From assembly GCA_945883455.1 (NCBI GenBank), contig CAMCXJ010000001.1, positions 1 through 55,238 of the forward strand: DNA of 55,238 nucleotides. Reading direction: 5' to 3'. The position numbers and the translations under genes are program-made. Below, in pieces: positions 29,464 through 39,000 of this stretch; position 1 is the stretch's first letter; the number at the start of each line of letters is the position of its first letter. The DNA is from Prosthecobacter debontii. GTDB taxonomy: Bacteria; Verrucomicrobiota; Verrucomicrobiia; Verrucomicrobiales; Akkermansiaceae. The notes beneath the pieces are model-generated. The model ran no database searches. It was not told where the DNA came from and saw only the letters and a list, made by a program, of their open reading frames with translations.

Positions 29464-29862
29464 GGCTTTTAAAAAAAATCCGTTTCGGCTCCCCCCATGG
29501 GCGCATCACGCGGAACGGTTCGTGAAGATGGACGCTGATTTCACACGCCGGAATACTTTTTAGAGCGCGTCTAACAGTTGTGACTTTTCCGCCGCATTCC
29601 ACAAGCGTTCCACGGAATCTTTTTTTTAAAACTTGACCCAGATTTTGATTCGCTTTTCCGAAACAGTTCCACCGTCTATCAGGCATTAACCGCATAAGCC
29701 TTTGAACATAAGCGGGTAGGAATGTGGCGTTCCCGTCACTTCGCCGTAGTGGTCAGTTTCCCACCGAAAGGCAGACATGCCCCGAGGAAAGTCACCGCAC
29801 CTTTGAACGTATAAACCAAGGGAAAGCAATCTCAGCGCCCGTAAACATTAGACCCGAGTCTC
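29464..29862. promoter_or_regulatory. dnaA upstream region with clustered degenerate DnaA-box-like motifs (autoregulatory region or possible oriC)
   Basis: 399-bp non-coding, AT-richer stretch with co-oriented CATTCCACA (29595), CGTTCCACG (29606), AGTTCCACC (29665) and TTTCCCACC (29757), plus a T/A run near 29620. Confidence 0.4.
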
Positions 29863-31506
29863 TTAAGCGGCCATCCGAGGTTTGCTCTTAAAACAAAGCG
29901 CCACGGCCACGGTCGCCAGTGTGCCCGCCATGATGCGCCACGTGAACTTGATGACCGGCATCCATTCGAAATTTTTGTAGAGTTCTTCGCCGGTGAGCAT
30001 TTTCCAGACATCGTTGGGCAGGTTGCTGAGGAAGGCTACCACGAGGATGCCGACGATCATCGCGATGATGTTCCCGCGCTCGCTGCCGCGGTTTTTCGTG
30101 AACAGCGCGACGATGAAAATGCCCAGCAGCGAGCCGTAGGTGTAGCCGAAGCTGCCGAGAATGATGGGGATGATGGTGAGCCCCGGGTTGTGTGCCTTCA
30201 CGAATGCGGTGGCGAGGCCGACAAGGATCAGGATGAGCGCGAAGGCGACTGTGCTGAGCCGGATGATGCGCACCCGCGCGTGTTCGTCTTCGGGGGTTTT
30301 GAACCAACGGTAGTGGAAATCGCGCGAATAGCTTGTCGCCAGCGAGTTCATCGCCGTGCCGAGCGAACCCATTGTGGTGGCTAACACCCCGGCTATGACG
30401 AGTCCGCGCAGACCTCCGGGCATCACGTCCACTACGAAGTAGGGGAAGATCGTGGTGGCGTCCGGCTTGCCGTTGATCATCGGCAGGTTGGGGTCGCTGA
30501 CGATGTGGCCGTAGTAAACGGACAGAAGGATGCCAATCATTAGCACCGCGTAGGTCACCGGGATGTCGGCGATGCCGGAAAGGATCGTCGCCACCGCGCT
30601 CTGGCGGGTGTTCTTGGCGGTGAGCATGCGCTGCACCATGTCCTGGTCCGTGCCGTGCGTGGCGAGCGTCACAAAGAGCGATCCAAGGAACGCCGCCCAA
30701 ATGTTGTAGGAACTTTCCAGAACGCTTTTCACCTCACCCCAGAAGCCGCCGTATTTCGCCACGAAATCGGCGGTGGGCGGCACGTCGCCGCGCCATTTCC
30801 AGAGCAGCAGGTCGTTCGGCCGGTCGAGATAAGCCTTCGCGCCTTCCCAGCCGCCGGGAATGTGGCTCAGCAGATACCAAACGGAGAAACCGAGCGCTCC
30901 GAAGAGCACCGCAATTTGAAGCACGTCCGTCCAGATCACCGCCTTGATGCCGCCGATCGCCGTGTAGACGGCGGTGAGCAGGGTGATGAGCAGCAGCGCA
31001 CCGCCGGTCAGCCAGAACTGCTGCCACCGGTCCAGCGGTTCGCCGGGATTCATCTGGTTCCAGATGACGATGAGCAGCAGCGTAGGCACCCACAGCCGCG
31101 CGCCGCTGGCCAGCGAACGGGTGATGAGGAAAACCACGCTCGCGAACCGGCGGGTGCGCGGGCCGAAGCGGATTTCAAGGAACTCGTAGATGCTCACCAC
31201 GTTGTGCTTGTAGAAGGCCGGCACGAACACCCAGCTGACCACGAGGCGCGCCAGCAGGTAGCCGACCATCAGCTGTGCGTAGAGGAAATTCCGCTGCTCG
31301 AAGCCTTCCCCCGGAGCTCCGAAAAAAGTCCCGGCACTGATTTCCGCCGCCAGAATCGAAGCAAGCACCGCCCACCAAGGGATCGTCCGGCCGCCAAGGG
31401 CGAAATCCGACGTATCCTGTTTCCTGCGGCCGAAGTACACGCCGATCCCGATGATGATCGCGAAATACAGCCCAATGATGATCAGATCGAATACCAGCGC
31501 GTACAT
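29863..31506 (-). CDS. Sodium:solute symporter family transporter
   Basis: Polytopic protein with DFALGGR.IPWW, SIYEFLE.RFG, GGIKAVIWTD, HGTDQDMVQRML and GLRGLVIAG. Confidence 0.93.
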   Translation of the reverse strand: MYALVFDLIIIGLYFAIIIGIGVYFGRRKQDTSDFALGGRTIPWWAVLASILAAEISAGTFFGAPGEGFEQRNFLYAQLMVGYLLARLVVSWVFVPAFYKHNVVSIYEFLEIRFGPRTRRFASVVFLITRSLASGARLWVPTLLLIVIWNQMNPGEPLDRWQQFWLTGGALLLITLLTAVYTAIGGIKAVIWTDVLQIAVLFGALGFSVWYLLSHIPGGWEGAKAYLDRPNDLLLWKWRGDVPPTADFVAKYGGFWGEVKSVLESSYNIWAAFLGSLFVTLATHGTDQDMVQRMLTAKNTRQSAVATILSGIADIPVTYAVLMIGILLSVYYGHIVSDPNLPMINGKPDATTIFPYFVVDVMPGGLRGLVIAGVLATTMGSLGTAMNSLATSYSRDFHYRWFKTPEDEHARVRIIRLSTVAFALILILVGLATAFVKAHNPGLTIIPIILGSFGYTYGSLLGIFIVALFTKNRGSERGNIIAMIVGILVVAFLSNLPNDVWKMLTGEELYKNFEWMPVIKFTWRIMAGTLATVAVALCFKSKPRMAA

Positions 31507-31561
31507 GCCAAAACGCTAAGGAACATGCGAGTCGATCCAAGCCTTAAGTTTTCGGGGGCGC

Positions 31562-33049
31562 TCACCTGCCTGAAACCCGCGATTTCGATTTCAGGTAATC
31601 GTGGACTTTCACCTGATCCTCATCGCGGTTGAAGCGGTAGGCCTCCTCCCAGGTTGCTCGGCCCTCGCTGTTCCGCGCGTCCACATCGGCTCCGTGGCGG
31701 ACAAGTAACTTCGCAATTTCCAGATTGCCCATCCAGGCGGCGTCGTGGAGGGGCGTATTGCCGCCGTAGCCGCGGGCATGCACATCCGCGCCCTTGCGCA
31801 GCAGTTTCTTCATGATGTCCACATTGCCCGGGGAGCTTGCGCCGTAAAGCGCCGTGTCGCCCCGATTGCTCCGCGCGTTGACGTCCGCGCCTTTTTTCAG
31901 CAGGAAATCCACAAGCTCAGGATAATTATGATACGACGTCGCCTCCATCAACGGAGTGTACCCCGAGCCGGTCCGGGCGTTCACATCGGCGCCCCGCTCG
32001 ACGAGAAGCATCGAGAACTCATAACGGCCTTTGTCGCAGGCAAGGTGCAGGGGGGTGACGCCGGCGCTGCCTGTCACACCGGCCTTTACGCCGTGGTCGA
32101 GCAGGAAGCGGGCAAGGTCATGGTTTCCATGGATAGCGGCCTCATGCAATGCGGTGCGCCCGTATTTGTCGGCAGCGTTGGGATCGGCACCATGTTCCAG
32201 CAACAAGGCCGCAGCGTCAGCACCGCCCCGGTAGCCGAGTTCCATGAGCGGGGTTGTTCCCTCCTTATCGCGTGCGCTTGCATTCGCCCCGCGTTCGATT
32301 AGGACGCGCACCGCATCGGTGTGTCCGCTGAAGCAGGCTAGTTGGAGCGGCGTGCGGGTGTTCATATCAGCTCCATGATCCAGCAGGAAAGCGATGACAC
32401 CCGCGCTGCCCGCCTCGCAGGCATCGAATAGGAGTTGGTTTGCGTAGGATTTTCGGCCTCGCAGGAGGGTGCCGTTGCCTAGCAAAATTTTGACCGCGTC
32501 GGTGCGTCGCTCGCTGACCGCCAGATCAACGGGTAATTCCCCGTCTGAATTGAGCGCGTTGCGGTTTGCGCCGTGCTTCAGCAGCCATTCGACCGCCTCC
32601 GCGTGGCCATGTTCCGCCGCGCCATGCAGCGGCGTCGTTTTCAAATCCGACACCACATTGATGTCCACGCCTTTCCCGACGAGATATAGGATCATTTCCA
32701 CATGGCCATTCTCGGCCGCTTCGTGAAGCGGGGATTCGCCGATCTCATTCTTGATTCGCACATCCGCGCCATGGGCGACGAGAAATTCGGCGGCCTTCAG
32801 ATGCCCGGCATTCGCCGCTTGGTGGAGCGGGCGGTCGCCCATCCTGCCGTCCTCGTTCACATCGCCGCCTTTTTTGAGCAAATCCTCCATCATCGCGATG
32901 TCTCCCCGAGAGGCGGCACCGTGGAGCGATTTGTGCTCGGGGTAAGGGATGCATCCCCCGCAGGGAGACAACAGAGAACAGGATGAGTGGGTGAGGAGTA
33001 TTGCGACGCCCATGATCCAGCGCATCGGCACCCGTTCAAATACACCCAT
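31562..33049 (-). CDS. Ankyrin-repeat protein, probable lipoprotein
   Basis: More than ten G.(T/S)(P/A)LH.A...G....V..LL..GADVN repeats; hydrophobic N-terminus ending in SSC. Confidence 0.9.
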   Translation of the reverse strand: MGVFERVPMRWIMGVAILLTHSSCSLLSPCGGCIPYPEHKSLHGAASRGDIAMMEDLLKKGGDVNEDGRMGDRPLHQAANAGHLKAAEFLVAHGADVRIKNEIGESPLHEAAENGHVEMILYLVGKGVDINVVSDLKTTPLHGAAEHGHAEAVEWLLKHGANRNALNSDGELPVDLAVSERRTDAVKILLGNGTLLRGRKSYANQLLFDACEAGSAGVIAFLLDHGADMNTRTPLQLACFSGHTDAVRVLIERGANASARDKEGTTPLMELGYRGGADAAALLLEHGADPNAADKYGRTALHEAAIHGNHDLARFLLDHGVKAGVTGSAGVTPLHLACDKGRYEFSMLLVERGADVNARTGSGYTPLMEATSYHNYPELVDFLLKKGADVNARSNRGDTALYGASSPGNVDIMKKLLRKGADVHARGYGGNTPLHDAAWMGNLEIAKLLVRHGADVDARNSEGRATWEEAYRFNRDEDQVKVHDYLKSKSRVSGR

Positions 33050-33099
33050 GCCATGAGTCTAGCGTCCCCAAGCGGGTGACCAAGTTTCAAATTGGGACA

Positions 33100-36000
33100 T
33101 CATTCATTCGGTTGCGTATCCCCGATCCGCAAGAAGGCACTGTGTCTGCCGGTAGTATCGACGCTGGCCTCGATGGTTTCCACGCCATCGCTGGAAGCCA
33201 CCACGCGCTCGTCCACGGGAACCAACCAGTCGTTCAGGTCAAATGACGCGCTGCTGCGAACGCTGTGTCCCGCGGGCATATTTTCCAAGCGGGTATAGAT
33301 CATGGTTATGCGGTTTCCTTCGAGCCGCATCGCCCCTTGGCCGTGTTCGGCGCGGTTCTTTGGATGGCTGCCGCGCAACCACTCGCGCCAGTTTTCGACG
33401 CCGTCGCCGTCGGCATCGGCCTGCGGGCCGGAGATGGTGGCGTCGGCCCGATCCGTTTCGCTGAAAACATGGTTCCGCCATGCGTCGAAGCCCATCGAGA
33501 ACCGCGCGGTGACCACCTTGCTGGTGTTCATCTCAAGCGATTTCGCCGGCTCATTCCCTGTCAGGGCGCCGCTCCAACCGCTGAAAGTCCAACCGGGCAG
33601 GGGCGCCGCTGTCAGCTCGGCCATGGTGCCGGCGGTGTAGATTCCGTCGTCCGAAGGCTGCAGCACGCTGCCGCCGCCGCGGGTGAAAACCGTCAGCGCG
33701 GCGGTGGCGATGAAGTTGGCCGCCACGGTCTTGTCCGAATCCATGACGACCAGCGTCGCGCCCAGCGAGCCGACCGCATCCCCGCCCCAACCGGTGAAGC
33801 GCGCGCCCTTGCCGGCGTTGGCCACCATCGCGACACGCGCGCCGTGCGGGTAATACTCCGCGTTCTGATCCGCGCTCACGGAGCCGTTTCCGATGGCCAG
33901 AAGCTCCAGCCTGTGCTGGGGGATGATGGCCGCCGCTCCGGACGAAATGGACATGTTGTTGGCGCGGTTCTTGTCCTGGAACCTGTCTTCCGGATCCAGC
34001 AGGACGATCAGCCGGGAATCGCCGGGGCGGACGTTTCCGGGGAGTTCGAAGCTCAGGTTCACGGCTCTTTGCCCACCGGATGCCGTGGGCGGCACATCGA
34101 CCTGGATGCGGCCCAGATAGACATCGTTGCCATCGCCGAAAAAGCCGTCCGACGAGAGCCAGCCGTCGATGTCCATCAAGCCGCCCACCTCACCGCCGCC
34201 GAGGTTGCGGATCATGGCCGGGGACTGCACGACATCGCCGACGCCGAGGGTTGCCGCCACCGGCGGCGCGAGTTCAAGCTCAAGATCCGTTCCCGTCCAT
34301 TCCACCACCCGGCCGGGTGCGAAGAGGAACAGGCGGTCGTTGAACATGGTGGCCCAGATGGTGTCGGTCTGCAGTTTGGAAATTTCAGACCACGTCTGAC
34401 CATCGGGTGCGCCGCTGAACATCTGCACCGGCGCCTGCGCGGAAATGAACGGCGTGGCCAGCAGGAAACCGGTAGAGCGCGGGGTAACCCAATAAAGCGA
34501 GTTGCCCACCCAAGTCTGATAGCCGGTGAATGGCTGCCATGTGATACCGTCGCTGGTGATGACGGGTTTGTCCGTGCGGTTCCAAACGACCAAGCGGCCG
34601 TGGCCTTCGGTGCGGAAAAAATCGTTTCCGGGATATTGCAGCCCGTTCGCGCCGCGATCCGTCCATGTGGTTCCATCCGGCGAAGTCCAGCATCGGGAGG
34701 GCGCGCTGCTGCTGCTGCTTGTCGCTCCGAAGAGCAGCCACTGGTTGTTGAACCACACCACGGCGCGAGCCGAGAACATGCTCGGCCCGGTCACCTCTTG
34801 CCAGGTGAGGCCGCCATCCGTGGAACTCCGGATCGCGGCTCCGGTGCCGACCGCGAGCCATTTGCCCGCGCCGTCGCTTGCGACATCCGCGATGCGGAGC
34901 GTGTCGAGGGCGGAAGCCCGTTGCCATTCCGTGCCGTTCACGCTGCGCAGCATGAGCCTTTCCGCCGTGTTTCCGATCACGGCGGTGGCCAGCGCGACCC
35001 CGTTTGAAACCTGCACCCGGTTGAAATTCCAGTTCGCCGGGATGGCCTGGCCATCGCTCGTGGCGGGCAGCCAGGTGCCGCCATTGTCCGCGCTGGTGAG
35101 AAGCATGCCGTTGGTTCCTACCAGGATGATGTTGGAGCCGAGCGACGCCATCTGCTGGCCCACCTGCTGCGCGGTGATGGCGGAGCCGGATATGCCCGCG
35201 AAATCCTGGCGCCAGACCAGCCCGTCGGCCGACGACCATGCCGCGCCGTTGGAATCGATCACCAGCGCCCGCTCGCCATTGGCCGCAAACCGGGTGCCTA
35301 TCGCCATTGTGGGGCCGCCGGTGGCGTCCCTCCATGTGATTCCGTCCTCGCTCCATGCCATGCCGCTTTGGCCGCGCGCGATGAAACGTCCCAGCGCATG
35401 GATCACGGAATCCGATTTTACCGCTGGAGCGAGCGCCTGCCATGCGCTGCCGATGGCGGCGCTGGAAGAGTAGAGGAGATCGGCGGTTGAGCCTACGAAG
35501 AAGCGACCGTTCGCATAACGCACCGTCACGCCCGGTGCGGTCGCGGTGGGCAGGTTTTCGGCGGCGGCCCATGATTTGCCATCGGCAGAACGCCAGACAC
35601 GCCCATCGCTGGCCGCGATCAGGAACACGCCGCCGCCGTAAGCCATGGCGAAGCTGTGGTTTTGGCTCCCGGCGCGCTCGATGCCGGGAATGGCCGTCCA
35701 ATTGTTGCCGCCATCCGCCGACCATACCGCTTTGTCGCCGGTCCATGCATTTTCATGAACCGAGACAATGATGCCATTATCCCCAATGGTTGCCTGCCTT
35801 CCGGATGTGTAAATAACTGCGCTCGTCCAGTCGATGCCGTTGAACGACGTTTGGTAATTGATCGCCTGCTGTCCTGCTATCTGTTGGATGATGAGGAAAC
35901 GTCCGCCGCTGAAAATGACGGGTTGGTTGATCCAGTATCCGGCATAGATCTCCGGCCCCACCTGCGACCAGTTCACTCCGTCACGTGTGCTGTAGAGGAT

Positions 36001-39000
36001 GCCCCATTCGGTCTGGGCGACCAGGCTGCCGTTGCCTGCAGCCAGGCCTTTGAGTTTGGAGGAAAGGGCGGGCAGCAACACCGGTTTCCAATTCAAGCCG
36101 TCCGTCGAACGCAGGATGCCCGCTTCCCCCGCCGCGTAAAATGCGCCGCTGAACTCGACCATGGCGACGCGCGGCAGGTAATCGCGGCCTTCCGCCGGAT
36201 TGATCAGGTTTTCCGTCTGCGGGGGCACGGCGGAAATCCTCAGTTCGTCGCTGCCGACCAGCCCGGTGGGATCGGTGGCGCGCAACATGACCGTGTGGCC
36301 CGTCGGATTCTGTGCGCGGAAACGGAAGCGGAAATCGCCCGCTCCGGAAGTGCCGATCAATTGGCCGTCCACGTGGCATTCCAGGGTGATCGCGGCGCCT
36401 TCCGGATCAAAGGCCTTGCCTATGACATCCACGAAAGACCCGGCGATCACCGAACTGTCGTGCACGGGATAATCGGCCCGAACCACCGGCGCGGATCCAC
36501 CGGAAGGGGGCGCTCCCGCCTGCACGATCGCCCCGGTGCTGGTGTAAGCGACGAACTGGCCGAGTCCGGTGGCGAAACCTTGGATTCCCGGCGGCGTGTT
36601 GCCGGGGAACCAGGAAATCCCGTCATTGGAGAACCAGACCGAGCGGACGTTGCTGCTGTTCCTGACCAAGGCCACCAATGAGTTGTTGAACACGCTGAGC
36701 TGGAGAACCTCCCGGTTGGCGAGGTTGTTGGTCGCGTGCAGCGGAACCGCCGTCCAGGTGGCTCCGTTGTTGGTTGATTTCCAGCCCGTGACGTTTCCGC
36801 TGGAGAGGTTTTCGAGGCCGTAGAGGTCGTTGTTGAACTTCGTGATGAAACCCGGCTTCGCATTGCCGGCGGCCTTGGTCCAGGTGGTGCCGTTGTCGGA
36901 ATAATGAACGAAACCGGTTTGACCCGCAAATGCCGGTGCGGCGTTCGTGAGCAGCCAACGCGTGCCGAACCGGCTAACGGATGCGAGGGGATTGGCGGAA
37001 TTTGCTATGACCGGGACACCTGTTACCTCGGCCCATGACTGACCTCCATTGGTGCTGCGATGGAGTTTGTTGGCGGCGATGGCCAGCATATTCTGTCCAT
37101 CGGCGTCCAGCGAGGTCAGCGTCGGTGCCAGCCCGTTGGCGACGGAAGCCTCCGGCATCACATGCGGCAGGAAACCCCTGGCCGGGCCTGCCGCGCCGGA
37201 AGAGCGCTCGCCCCAGAACTGTCCGCCGCCGAAGCCTCTGAGCAAGTAGGCGGACACGGGGTTCGTCCTGTTGTCCCACACCCACGGCCGCATCTTCCGC
37301 CAATTGCTGCCGTCGCCTGAAACCATGGGCCTGAGGCTGCGCGTGCCGTTGCCGGAACTCCCGCTGTTGAGGACGAAGAAACGGTTGTCCTGGAACACGA
37401 TCTGGGTCGGCACCGCCACCGAGCCGCCGAAGGGCTTGAGGTCGGACGGTTCCGTGAGGCTGCCGATGAAACCGCGCTGCGTCCCGTAGAACACGCGGTT
37501 ATTGAAGACGGCGTAGGCGGAAATGACATCCCCGGTGGCGGGCTTGATGGAGGTCTGGGTGGCCGTCCACGGGCTCGCGCCCCATGTGACGGTAAGTCCG
37601 TCGAACTGCGCCCCGCCGAGCGAGACGAAGTTGCCGTTGTAATCGATGCCGCTGCCCCATGTGCTGCCGGTCTGCAAAGTCCAGTTGATCCCATCGTCCG
37701 AAACCCAGCCGTAACTGCCGAAGCCGCTGAACAGGACGAATTGCCCGTTCCAGCGCGTGGCTCCGCGCGTGCTGACGGCCGTTGTTCCGTTAGGTGGAAG
37801 ATTGATCTGTGTCCAGTCCGTGCCGTCCACGCTGCGCAAGGCGCGCGGGGGATTGTTGGTGGTGTTCACACCCGTCAGGATCATTCCGGAATCCATAACG
37901 AACGGCCCGTTGGCGGTCACCAACGCTGTCGCTCCGTTAAGGGTCGCCGGGGTCCATGCGATTCCATTCGTGGACGTGTAGATATCGCCGAAATTGGAAG
38001 TGCGACTGGCCCGCTGGCCGATGAAGCGGCCGTTGAAGACCTCGATGCGGGTGACGTGCTGTAGCGGCGTTACGTTGGGAAGACCGGTGAGCGCCTGCGG
38101 TACCGACCATGTGACGCCGTTGGTCGAAGTCACGGCGCGACCGTTGCCCGAAGAATCCATGCCGATACACAGCCACGTAGTGCCCAGTTTGTTGAGGGAC
38201 AACGCTTCGAATCCGCCGGGAAGCTTCCAGGTGCTCCACTCGAGACCGTCGGTGCTAACAAGAATCTTGTCACCGGCAACCGCATGGAGCTTGCCGTCGA
38301 TCACCTTCATGTCCGTGACCGCGAGGCCGGGAATTTCATCCAGGCGCCATTGCCATGAGTCGAACGGGGAGGTCACCAACGACACCCGGATGGTGGCGGT
38401 CGCGGTGCCCGCCGGGTTTGTCACCCGGCACTCGTAGGTGCCAGCGCTGGCGTTCGTGAGGTTGGAGAACGAGAGCTTCGGCGTGCTCGCGTTTTCGATC
38501 AGTACGCCGCTGCGCCGCCATTGATAGGTGAGCGGCAGCGAGCCGCTGGCTTCGGCGATCAGTTCCACACTTGAGCCTGTAACCGCCGAGAGATCGGGGG
38601 ATTTCCAGACGATGGCGGGAGCGATGAGCTTTTCAGTCAGCTTCGCGGTGCGGCTGGTCACGCTGCCGAAGCTGTTGGAAACCTCGACGTGGTAGTCATC
38701 GAACGAGCCGAGGGTGAGCGGGTCGAGCACCAGGGTGCTTTCCCATGCGCCGGGCAGGGCTTCGCCTTCCTTGAACCACTGGTAGCGCAGCGGCGGCGTG
38801 CCTGCGGCGCCCACGCTGAAGACGGCGCGTCCGCCAAGCGGGATTTCCAGATCGGCCGGCTCGCTGGTGATCACCGGAGGCCCAGGGCGCGTGCCGCGCA
38901 GGACGAACGCGCCGGGCAGGCCGCCCATGGCGGTGTCCACCGCAATGTGGTAGGTGACGCCCTCGACCGCGTCGAAGTCCACCCGGCTCCAGCGCAGGAG

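Noticed and set aside
29783-29800. GAGGAAAGTC resembling the RNase P RNA 5' conserved element
   Set aside because: The following bases do not match, there is no room for a ~350-nt RNA before the next gene, and the 3' conserved element is absent.
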